A stretch of DNA of 64,000 bases. It comes from Candidatus Eiseniibacteriota bacterium. Its GTDB lineage: Bacteria; Joyebacterota; Joyebacteria; Joyebacterales; Joyebacteraceae. Made by a program: the position numbers and the translations under genes. Position 1 is the stretch's first letter, and each line of letters starts with the position of its first letter. Shown one piece after another: positions 1-8,444 of the stretch. The stretch is from assembly GCA_043819135.1 (NCBI GenBank), contig JBDRFG010000107.1:1-64000 (forward strand). Reading direction: 5' to 3'. Under the pieces are notes generated by a model. That model worked only from the letters and a program-made list of their open reading frames with translations, was not told the DNA's origin and searched no databases.

Positions 1-936
1 GGCGAGGCCCTTCGCACCGATCTTCGACAGCGTTGCCTCCGGGAAGTTCTCCTGAACGATCTCGTGGATTATCTGAGCGTACTTGACCTTCTCCCTCGCC
101 CAGCCTGCCAGCATGTCGGGGCTGACCCAGGGCTTGTAGAGAGCAGCGCCCGTGGCGGCGCACGCCGGCCCCGGTTCGATCTTGAAGTAGACGGGCGCGA
201 GCGTCCGCGCGACCTCCGGTGCATCGTAGAACCTGGTGAAGCCGCCGAACGACTCGGTCAGGAGAATGTGCATGTCGATCGGGATGTTGCACGCCTGCCT
301 GATGCTGGCGTACTGATCCAGCGTGAGGTCAGCCACCGGGTTGAACGTCCCGGCACCCAGGCTCTCGAGCACCTTCCCTCCCGCCGCGTTCCCATGTCCC
401 GCGTAGACCGAGACCTTGAAGACCACGTCCTCGGGGATGTCGCCCGCCTTCTTCATCTCGTTCAGGAGCCAGAGCTCGCCCTCATCGATGACGAGGAACC
501 CGCGGAAGCCGACGTCGATGAGCTCCAGGATCTCAGTGATGACGTGTGAGAGCGCGTCCGAGCCGCGGAAGCGGAGGCCGGACAGGCCGCCTTCCGGTGT
601 CGCGACCTGACGACCGGTGTACCATGGCGTTCTGGGGCCGGGCGTGACGATGACCTCGAGCTTCGCCTCGGCGGCCATCTGCGCGAAGTCCTTCCACTCG
701 CTCTTGGTCATGTATGTCGCGCCCATCACCATCGAGATCATGCGATGAAGCGGGATCTTCCGTTTGTTCATCTCGTCGATGGCGGCCTCGAGCACGTTCG
801 GACGCTCGATGCCGGAGATCTCCATTCGGTACCAGGCGCCGTCCGGGAAGCGCTTGGTGCTCGTGGGGAGGTCTCTCGCGTCGGTCCCGGGAATCCCATG
901 CTTCTCCATCAGCTTCCGTGTATCGGACATCTTCAT
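1..936 (-). CDS. Probable U32-peptidase-like TIM-barrel protein, 3' end outside window
   Basis: Not in the ORF track. Manual translation is open from ATG 936 (GGAG RBS upstream) to base 1: MKMSDTRKLMEKHGIPG...KRFPDGAWYRMEISGIE...KVSVYAGHGN. Family assigned from recalled similarity only. Confidence 0.55.
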   Translation of the reverse strand, partial: MKMSDTRKLMEKHGIPGTDARDLPTSTKRFPDGAWYRMEISGIERPNVLEAAIDEMNKRKIPLHRMISMVMGATYMTKSEWKDFAQMAAEAKLEVIVTPGPRTPWYTGRQVATPEGGLSGLRFRGSDALSHVITEILELIDVGFRGFLVIDEGELWLLNEMKKAGDIPEDVVFKVSVYAGHGNAAGGKVLESLGAGTFNPVADLTLDQYASIRQACNIPIDMHILLTESFGGFTRFYDAPEVARTLAPVYFKIEPGPACAATGAALYKPWVSPDMLAGWAREKVKYAQIIHEIVQENFPEATLSKIGAKGLA

Positions 937-1155
937 GCGTGGCTCCTTTCCGGCGCGTTGCCGTCAGGCGACCCGCGCGGGCGCGCCCGCGTCTCGCCCA
1001 GAGTGGGTGTGCGGAACTGGATTCAGCGCCATCAAGCAGACCAGGAGTCTACCAGAGCCCGATGAGGGCTTCAATGCGTTTTGGGAAGCAGAGATACGGC
1101 TCTCGGGAGCTCACGCGGGGCGAGGGCGACCCGAACACACGAGGGCGACCCGCAC

Positions 1156-1184
1156 TTGACATGAGTGACAGACAATAATAAACT
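1156..1184 (+). promoter_or_regulatory. Sigma70-type promoter
   Basis: TTGACA-17 bp-TAAACT upstream of the CDS at 1303. Confidence 0.65.
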
Positions 1185-1302
1185 CTAAGTATTCTTGATT
1201 GAGCGAAGCAAAAGCGGCCCGCTGCGATGGCGCCTGCGTGCGACCCGTCAGCGGGCAAGGCTCCGAGTTTTCTGCCGGAACGCTCCGGCTGAGGAGAGAA
1301 CA

Positions 1303-3579
1303 ATGAGGACGACCGCACTGCTGCTCCTGCTCGTCTGTCTGCTTCTTCCCGCGACGGCCCTTGGCACGTGGGTCGTAGTCGACCAAGGCGGTGGCGGCAA
1401 CTACACCACGATCACCGAGGCACTGGCGAACGCCCCGGACGGCGCATATGTCCGCGTGAAGCCTGGCACGTACTCGGCGACCTCCGGTGAGACCATGCCC
1501 ATACAGATGCGGTCCGGCGTGACACTACAGAAGCACCACACGCCGCTCGGCGATGTGATCATCGATGGCGAGGGGCTGACCCGCTGCATGGTGTGCGTCA
1601 ACCTGAGTTCGCTGACCAAGATCGAGGACGTCATTTTCCAGAACGGGGCGGCCACGACCGGCGATGACCACGGCGGCGGCATGTGGCTCGGTAACTTCGA
1701 TAGCACGCACCAGCCACGGATCGTAGACTGCATCTTCCGCAACAACCACGCCGACCGATTCGGTGGAGGCCTTTACGCGGACGATAGCGCGAGGCACTCG
1801 CTAGTCAGCGATTGCAGGTTCTCGAACAACACGGCCCTGAACGGAGGAGGCGCCTTCGTCGTCGGCAACGGGCCGATTGAACTCAGGCGGTGCGTCTTCG
1901 ACGGCAACTCCGTGACCGGCTATGGCGGGGGGCTGCTCTGCATATACCCGACGGGCAACAGAGACCCATCTCGCCTCCACAACATGCACGAACAGACGTT
2001 CGTAGGGAACTCGGCCGGCCTTGGTGGCGCCGCCGTCTCCACGTACCTCGGCACCTGGTTCATAGACTCGATCATCGCGTTCAACACGTCGCCCAACGAC
2101 CCCATCACGTGCCACGAGTACGCGACAGCCACCCTGCGGTGTACCGACGTGTTCGGCAATGCTGGAGGGGACTATGTCGGGTGCATCGCAGGGCAGCTGG
2201 GAGTGGAGGACAACATCTGGAACGACCCGATGTTTTGCGGCGTCGAGTTCGAGCCGGACGACCCGTACAGCATCAGCGTCAATTCGCCGTGCGCTGACGA
2301 CAACAACGGAGACTGCTTCCAGATGGGAGCGCGACCCGTCAAGTGCGGCATCCCCTACCTTGAGTTCAACTGGGAGTGGCTCGAGTACTACATCCCGTTC
2401 GGCGAGGAGTACTGTCAGAACCTCATTTTCGAGAACGGCGGCGACATGGCACTCGACTGGCAGCTCTACGCCTACGAGGGAGTGCTGGGCCGCGGTTCCG
2501 GTGGGCCGGATGCATTCGGCTACCGGTGGGGCGACAGCGACAAGCCCGACGGCCCGGACTTCACGTGGAACGACATCTCAGGCTACGGCACGCAGGTCAC
2601 GCTCGGTGACGACGACGCCACTCTGATCGCTCTCCCCTTCTCGTTCCCGTTCTACGACACGAGCTGGTTCGAGTTCGCGCTCTCATCGAACGGGTACCTG
2701 ACGTTCGGGCTCGACTGGACGGCGAGTGCCAACGGGCCCATCCCCGACGCTACGCAGCCCAACGAGTTCATAGCACCGTTCTGGGAGGACCTCGACCCGT
2801 CCGCTGGCGGGACGATCCACTACCACTACAGCCCGGACGCCGGCACGTTCACGGTCCAGTTCACGGACGTACCCAATGCCTCGGCGGTCGTCGGTGGCGA
2901 GTACACGTTCCAGGCGGTCCTGTACCAGGACGGGACGATCCGCTTCTACTACCTGTCGATGGTGGGCTACGTGGAGGGCGCGACCATCGGCATAGAGAAT
3001 CCCGACGGCACAATAGGACTCCAGGTTGCCTACAACGAGCCATACCTCCACGACGAGCTGGCGGTCATCATCGATCTCGGCCCGCCACCGCCCGCCTGGT
3101 TGTGGATGTCACAGGTGGAGGGGACGCTGAGTCCGGGCGAGGCGGCCACGGTCGAGTGCTGCGTCGAGGCGAGCGATCTCGAAGGAGGTATCTACGAGTG
3201 CACGCTCGTCATGGTGAGCAACGACTTCAACTACCCGATTCGCTACATCCCGATGACCGTGGAGGTCTTCCCCACTGGCGTCGACGACGAGGTTGGCACC
3301 CGCCTGACGCTTCGAGGTAACTACCCGAACCCTTTCAACCCGCAGACGAAGATAGCCTTCGACCTGCCGGAGCCGGCGCGCGTCAGCCTCCGCGTGTACA
3401 ACGCGGCCGGACGTCTGGTTCGCTCGCTCATAAAAGGTGAGCCCATGGAGGCCGGCCCGCACGTTCAGTCCTGGGACGGCCGGGGTCGCGATGGCGCGAT
3501 CCTCGCATCGGGGGTCTACTTCTGCATGCTCGAGGTCGATGGCGTGTCTCTCTCCGGAAGGATGGTCCTTCTCAAGTAG
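1303..3579 (+). CDS. Secreted parallel beta-helix protein with nidogen-like region and C-terminal FlgD-Ig/T9SS-like domain
   Basis: GAGGAG RBS; signal peptide MRTTALLLLL; GGG/N-x-A repeats; IAPFWEDL; C-terminus NYPNPFNP...WDG...ASGVYF...MVLLK. Confidence 0.75.
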   Translation: MRTTALLLLLVCLLLPATALGTWVVVDQGGGGNYTTITEALANAPDGAYVRVKPGTYSATSGETMPIQMRSGVTLQKHHTPLGDVIIDGEGLTRCMVCVNLSSLTKIEDVIFQNGAATTGDDHGGGMWLGNFDSTHQPRIVDCIFRNNHADRFGGGLYADDSARHSLVSDCRFSNNTALNGGGAFVVGNGPIELRRCVFDGNSVTGYGGGLLCIYPTGNRDPSRLHNMHEQTFVGNSAGLGGAAVSTYLGTWFIDSIIAFNTSPNDPITCHEYATATLRCTDVFGNAGGDYVGCIAGQLGVEDNIWNDPMFCGVEFEPDDPYSISVNSPCADDNNGDCFQMGARPVKCGIPYLEFNWEWLEYYIPFGEEYCQNLIFENGGDMALDWQLYAYEGVLGRGSGGPDAFGYRWGDSDKPDGPDFTWNDISGYGTQVTLGDDDATLIALPFSFPFYDTSWFEFALSSNGYLTFGLDWTASANGPIPDATQPNEFIAPFWEDLDPSAGGTIHYHYSPDAGTFTVQFTDVPNASAVVGGEYTFQAVLYQDGTIRFYYLSMVGYVEGATIGIENPDGTIGLQVAYNEPYLHDELAVIIDLGPPPPAWLWMSQVEGTLSPGEAATVECCVEASDLEGGIYECTLVMVSNDFNYPIRYIPMTVEVFPTGVDDEVGTRLTLRGNYPNPFNPQTKIAFDLPEPARVSLRVYNAAGRLVRSLIKGEPMEAGPHVQSWDGRGRDGAILASGVYFCMLEVDGVSLSGRMVLLK

Positions 3580-3602
3580 GGACTTCTGAGCACCGCTCTG
3601 TT

Positions 3603-3633
3603 GAAGGCCCGCCTCACGGCGGGCCTTCTTCTT
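3603..3633 (+). terminator. Intrinsic terminator
   Basis: Stem GAAGGCCCGCC/GGCGGGCCTTC followed by TTCTT. Confidence 0.7.
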
Positions 3634-3737
3634 GACAAGACGCCAGACGTGCAACACGTGTGTGCGGAGCACCCGGTGGCCCGGCGCTTGGCCGACCCCG
3701 ACCCCGCGCGGGCCCGCCTGCGGACGTCCCTGACGAC

Positions 3738-3766
3738 TTTACACCGCCCACACAAGCCGCTAGAAT
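3738..3766 (+). promoter_or_regulatory. Sigma70-type promoter of iorAB
   Basis: TTTACA-17 bp-TAGAAT. Confidence 0.55.
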
Positions 3767-3879
3767 ATGTGGTTCACTACAGCACATGCGACACATCCTG
3801 CAGGAATCAGTAGTCCCGGTCCCGGGGCGAGAGCGCCCCACGCTGATCGGGAGACATACCGAACCGTCAGGAGCAGCTT

Positions 3880-5628
3880 ATGCGCGTACTTCTATCAGGC
3901 AACGAGGCCGTGGCCCGCGGATGCTACGAGCACGGCGTCAAGGTGGCGACGGCCTATCCGGGCACTCCCAGCACGGAGATCCTGGAGAACGTAGTCCACT
4001 ACAAGGACGACATCTACTGCCAGTGGTCCCCGAACGAAAAGGTGGCATTCGAGGTGGCGATGGGCGCCTCGTTCGGAGGTGTGCGTACCATAGTGACCAT
4101 GAAGCACGTCGGGCTCAACGTGGCGGCCGACCCGCTCATGACGTCCACGTCGGTGGGCGGAGACGGCGGGTTCGTGATAGTGACCGCCGACGACCCCGGC
4201 ATGCATTCGTCCCAGAACGAACAGGACAACCGCTACTTCGCCAAGTTCGCCAAGATTCCCCTCGTCGAGCCGTCCGACTCTCAGGAAGCGAAGGATTACA
4301 TCGGTGCGGCCTTCGAGATCTCCGAGAAGTTCGGCACTCCGGTCCTCTTCCGGCTGACGACACGGATCTCCCATGCCAAGACGCCGGTTGAGCTGGGCGA
4401 GCGGGTCGAAGTGGAGCGCAAGGAATACGAGAAGGACACGTCGCGGCGCGTGGTCATCCCGGCGCACGCCCGGAGACTGCACGTGGAAGTCGAGAAGCGC
4501 CTCCTGGCGATCCAGAGCTTCGCGGAGACCTCCCCGCTGAACCGCGTCGAGGAGGGAGACCCGTATGTCGGCGTCATCTCGAGCGGCATCGCCTACCAGT
4601 ACGCGCGCGACGCGTTCCCGGATGCCACGTTCCTCAAGCTCGGACTCTCCTACCCCTTCCCCATCGAGATGGCGAAGCAGTTCTGCTCGCGCTTCGACAC
4701 AGTCTACATCGTCGAGGAGAATGAGCCCTTCATCGAGGAGCACCTCCGCTACGCCGGCGTGACCAACCTCGCCGGCAAGAGCAAGGTGCCGCTCTGCGGT
4801 GAACTGAACCAGAGCATCGTGGCGCGGGCGTTCGAAGGCGGAGAAGAGCCGGACCGCGCCGCGGTCGCGCCGCGGCCTCCGGTCCTGTGCCCCGGCTGCC
4901 CGCACCGCTCGACGTTCTTCACGCTCAATCGCCTCGGGATCGGCGCGACGTCGGACATCGGATGCTACACGCTCGGCGTGATGCCGCCGCTGAACGGCAT
5001 CGACACGACCATCTGCATGGGCGCGTCGATAGGCAACGCGCTAGGTTTCGAGAAGGCCATCGGGCGTGAGTTCGCTGGTAAGATGGTCGCCGTCATCGGC
5101 GACTCGACGTTCGTGCACTCCGGCATGACCGGACTCGCAGACGTCGCCTACAACAAGGGCGCGACTACGGTCATCATCGTGGACAACTCGATCACCGCGA
5201 TGACCGGACACCAGCACCACCCCGGGACCGGCATGACCCTCATGGGCGAGCCGACGACGAAGCTCGACTACGTAGCGCTCGCCGAGAGCATGGGCGTCAA
5301 AGACGCGCGGCGCGTGAACGCCTACGACATGGCCGCCGTAAAGCAGGCCATCAAGGAGGCCACGGCCAGTCCAGAGCCGACTTTGCTGGTGATGGAGGGC
5401 GCGTGTGCGCTCATGGTACGGAAGACCTGGACCGAGCCGATGGAGATCGACGCCGAGAAGTGCGTGGCCTGCGGTCTGTGCCTCAAGCTCGGATGTCCCG
5501 CGATAAGCAAGGACGAGAACGGCAAGTCGACCATCAACCCGCTCTTCTGCGTGGGTGAGATCTGCCAGATGTGCGCACAGAACTGCCCGGTCAAGTGCAT
5601 CTCGCCTTCGGCCAAGGTTGCCGACTGA
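3880..5628 (+). CDS. iorA: Indolepyruvate:ferredoxin oxidoreductase alpha subunit
   Basis: LLSGNEAVARG, YPGTPSTEI, MKHVGLNVAAD, RPPVLCPGCPHR, TPP motif GDSTF..N, C-terminal ferredoxin cysteines. Confidence 0.95.
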   Translation: MRVLLSGNEAVARGCYEHGVKVATAYPGTPSTEILENVVHYKDDIYCQWSPNEKVAFEVAMGASFGGVRTIVTMKHVGLNVAADPLMTSTSVGGDGGFVIVTADDPGMHSSQNEQDNRYFAKFAKIPLVEPSDSQEAKDYIGAAFEISEKFGTPVLFRLTTRISHAKTPVELGERVEVERKEYEKDTSRRVVIPAHARRLHVEVEKRLLAIQSFAETSPLNRVEEGDPYVGVISSGIAYQYARDAFPDATFLKLGLSYPFPIEMAKQFCSRFDTVYIVEENEPFIEEHLRYAGVTNLAGKSKVPLCGELNQSIVARAFEGGEEPDRAAVAPRPPVLCPGCPHRSTFFTLNRLGIGATSDIGCYTLGVMPPLNGIDTTICMGASIGNALGFEKAIGREFAGKMVAVIGDSTFVHSGMTGLADVAYNKGATTVIIVDNSITAMTGHQHHPGTGMTLMGEPTTKLDYVALAESMGVKDARRVNAYDMAAVKQAIKEATASPEPTLLVMEGACALMVRKTWTEPMEIDAEKCVACGLCLKLGCPAISKDENGKSTINPLFCVGEICQMCAQNCPVKCISPSAKVAD

Positions 5629-5655
5629 CAGAATCGGAACGAGAGGAACAACTCG

Positions 5656-6231
5656 ATGCCTGACAGAACGACGAACGTCTTCATAGCCGGAGTGGGCGGG
5701 CAGGGGATCCTTCTCGCCAGCGAGATCCTCGCTGACCTGGCGCTCGCGCGTGGGCTCGACGTCAAGAAGAGCGAGGTCCACGGTATGGCGCAGCGGGGCG
5801 GCTCGGTCGTGAGCCACGTGAGGTTCGGTCGTAAGGTGCACTCCCCCGTCATCGCGGAGCGAGAGGCCGACGTGCTGGTGTCGTTCGAGAAGATGGAGGC
5901 GCTCCGGTGGGTCCATTACGTCTCGCAGACGGGCACGGTCGTCGTCAACGACCAGGAAATAGTGCCGAGCGGGATGGAGCAGTATCCAGAGGACATCGAT
6001 GCGGAGCTCGCCTCGAGGGCGCCCGACGCTCACATGCTGGACGCGCTCGCGCTGGCCAACGAGGCCGGGCACGCGAGGGCGGTCAACACGGTGATGCTGG
6101 GCGCGTTCTCGAACTACCTGGACTTCACTGAGGACGAGTGGCGGAAGGCCATCGAAGCGCGCGTGCCGCCCAAGACCGTCGACATCAACCTCAAGGCCTT
6201 CGAACTGGGGCGGGCTGCCGGGGCGAAGTAG
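5656..6231 (+). CDS. iorB: Indolepyruvate oxidoreductase beta subunit
   Basis: GVGGQGILLAS, SEVHGMAQRGGSV; follows iorA. Confidence 0.95.
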   Translation: MPDRTTNVFIAGVGGQGILLASEILADLALARGLDVKKSEVHGMAQRGGSVVSHVRFGRKVHSPVIAEREADVLVSFEKMEALRWVHYVSQTGTVVVNDQEIVPSGMEQYPEDIDAELASRAPDAHMLDALALANEAGHARAVNTVMLGAFSNYLDFTEDEWRKAIEARVPPKTVDINLKAFELGRAAGAK

Positions 6232-6246
6232 TTACCATGTTGGTTC

Positions 6247-6323
6247 GCAGTAGGGGCCCTACCCCGGCGCTCAGACATGCGGCGCTGCGCGCCAAACTCG
6301 CGGCGGGGTAGGGCCCCTGCTGC
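6247..6323. repeat. 20-bp inverted repeat (REP/REPIN-like)
   Basis: GCAGTAGGGGCCCTACCCCG ... CGGGGTAGGGCCCCTGCTGC with one G.U pair and a 37-nt spacer. Confidence 0.6.
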
Positions 6324-6359
6324 GTTGCAGATGGCAACTGCGTGAAACGGGGACACCAC

Positions 6360-7109
6360 ATGGCGGCAAGCAAGCCTACGCAGCCACGCTGGTGGCCTGG
6401 TCCTCTGAAGGAGACCGAGGACGGGCGCCGCGCACGCGCGGTGAGGATCCTGGGACTTCTCAAGAGGCAGTACCCCGACGCGCACGTCCCGCTCGTCTAC
6501 AAGACCCCGCTCGAACTCATGATCGCGACCATCCTGTCGGCACAGTGCACCGACAAGCGCGTCAACGAAGTGACCAGGCCGCTCTTCAAGAAGTACAGGA
6601 AGGCTGCGGATTGGGCGGCGGTCGACCAGCAGACTCTCGAGGAAGAGATCCGGCCAACGGGGTTCTTCCACAACAAGGCCAGGGCGATACGCACGACCAC
6701 GGCCGAACTGGTCGAGAAGTACGACGGGCGCGTGCCGGACACGCTCGAGGAACTGACCGCCCTGCGCGGTATCGGGCGCAAGACCGCCAACGTCATCCTC
6801 GGCCATGCCTACGACACGCAGGGCATCGTCGTTGACACGCACTACATCCGGAACGCGAGACGCATGGCGCTCACTGGTGAGTTCGACCCGGTCAAGATCG
6901 AGTTCGCCACGATGCGGTTCCTCCCCGAGAAGCACTGGTCCGATTTTTCGCTCTGGATGACCTGGCACGGCCGGTTCATCTGCCCGGCGCGGAAGCCTGC
7001 ATGCGCGGAGTGCCCGGTGCGGAAGCTATGCCCCGCGGGAGAGTCCGAAGGCAAGCTGGCGTGGAGGGTGAAGACGCCGCTCAAGCCGAATCGGAAGAGA
7101 CCGGCCTGA
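6360..7109 (+). CDS. nth: Endonuclease III
   Basis: LSAQCTD, HhH motif GIGRKTANV, VDTH, 4Fe-4S motif CPARKPACAECPVRKLC. Confidence 0.93.
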   Translation: MAASKPTQPRWWPGPLKETEDGRRARAVRILGLLKRQYPDAHVPLVYKTPLELMIATILSAQCTDKRVNEVTRPLFKKYRKAADWAAVDQQTLEEEIRPTGFFHNKARAIRTTTAELVEKYDGRVPDTLEELTALRGIGRKTANVILGHAYDTQGIVVDTHYIRNARRMALTGEFDPVKIEFATMRFLPEKHWSDFSLWMTWHGRFICPARKPACAECPVRKLCPAGESEGKLAWRVKTPLKPNRKRPA

Positions 7110-7166
7110 GTTCTACGGGGGCACGCGCGGACAACCGCCGTGGCCGCCGAGCCGGACGCAATACAA

Positions 7167-7197
7167 AGCGGGGCCCCGTGTCAGTCGGGGCCCCGCT
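7167..7197. terminator. Hairpin between convergent nth and ferredoxin genes
   Basis: Stem AGCGGGGCCCCG/CGGGGCCCCGCT. Confidence 0.6.
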
Positions 7198-7218
7198 GTC
7201 AATTGCTGTCGCGATCGT

Positions 7219-7404
7219 CTAGTCTTCCAGGATGATCGCCTCGACCGGACATTCGTCTATAGCGTCCTCTACGCGCGCCTCTTCCGCTTCCGGCACACGG
7301 CTAGCCGCGAAGGCCACTCCGTCATCCAACTCGAAGACCGCAGGGCATTTGTCGACGCAAAGTCCACAGCCCGTGCACAGATCTTCATCGACCCACACGC
7401 GCAT
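7219..7404 (-). CDS. Monocluster 4Fe-4S ferredoxin
   Basis: 61 aa, CTGCGLC...CPVEAI, GGAGG RBS. Confidence 0.9.
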   Translation of the reverse strand: MRVWVDEDLCTGCGLCVDKCPAVFELDDGVAFAASRVPEAEEARVEDAIDECPVEAIILED

Positions 7405-7807
7405 CGTCGTTCCTCCGAGCATGTTTGTGACGCCACCGCCGGCGAGACCCCACCTTACGTCCTCCCGGCGGCTGACATCCGCCGGGGTCCGGGGCGCGGT
7501 ATGCTCGCCGACACATCCAGACGCGGGAAATCTAGCCACGCTGGCCGAGTTGCGCAAGGGCTTTTTTCGGGCGGCGGCGGGCGCCTCAGCGAGCCGCCGG
7601 AGCCGCCGGAAAGGGGGCGGCCCGGGGGCGGCCGGAACGGGCCCACGGGCTGACGATACTCGGGCTCCGCCCGAACCCCCCTTGCAGGTATCCCCCGCAT
7701 CACATACCATGGTGTCCGTCATTCGTGGCGGCCCGGCCGCCGGAATTGTCGCAGCAATCTGCTGATGAGGCTGTCGCATGCGGCCTCACCGTTCCCGGGG
7801 AGGGAAG

Positions 7808-8332
7808 ATGCCGGAGCACGTATCGGACATGGAGAAGGTGGAGTTCGCGCTCAAGACGGAGCAGGACGGCCACGAGTTCTATCAGGCGGCCTCGAAGAAG
7901 CTGGCGCACAAACTGGCCAGGGCCGCGTTCGAGCTTCTGGGCAAGGAAGAGCTGCGCCACGTTACACTCATAGAAGGAATGGGCAAGCAGCTGGGCGGGG
8001 AAGACGAGGCGCCCACGATCGAGATGGTCACCCGTAAGGGTCTGGAGTTTAATCTCAAGACCATCTACGAGAGCGCCCACGAGGATTCCATCGAGGACGG
8101 GATGGACCCCGCGACTGCGTACGAGAAGGCGATCGAACTCGAGAAGAAGATCACGAGTCTCTACGCCGAGTACTCAAGGAAGTGCGATGACGACGCGGCC
8201 AGGCGTCTCTTCGCCGTTCTCCAGCAGGAGGAGGAGCATCACTTGAGCCTGCTGGAGGACATGTACGCCTATCTAACCAAGCCCGAGGAGTGGTTCATCG
8301 ACCGTGACGGCATGATGCTCGACGGCGGCTGA
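7808..8332 (+). CDS. Ferritin-like/rubrerythrin-family diiron protein
   Basis: Two E...EExxH helix pairs (EELRH, EEHH). Confidence 0.85.
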   Translation: MPEHVSDMEKVEFALKTEQDGHEFYQAASKKLAHKLARAAFELLGKEELRHVTLIEGMGKQLGGEDEAPTIEMVTRKGLEFNLKTIYESAHEDSIEDGMDPATAYEKAIELEKKITSLYAEYSRKCDDDAARRLFAVLQQEEEHHLSLLEDMYAYLTKPEEWFIDRDGMMLDGG

Positions 8333-8444
8333 CTGGACGGTAACAACTTCCACGTCTGACATTTGACAGGGCGCCCGTCCGCGGCGTCCACCAAGGCCGC
8401 GGGCTCCACAAGAGCCCGCGGTTCTCTTCAAGAAGGTCTCACCG

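Noticed and set aside
64..1178. Plus-strand ORFs at the window start
   Set aside because: Antisense to the likely real minus-strand gene at 1..936.
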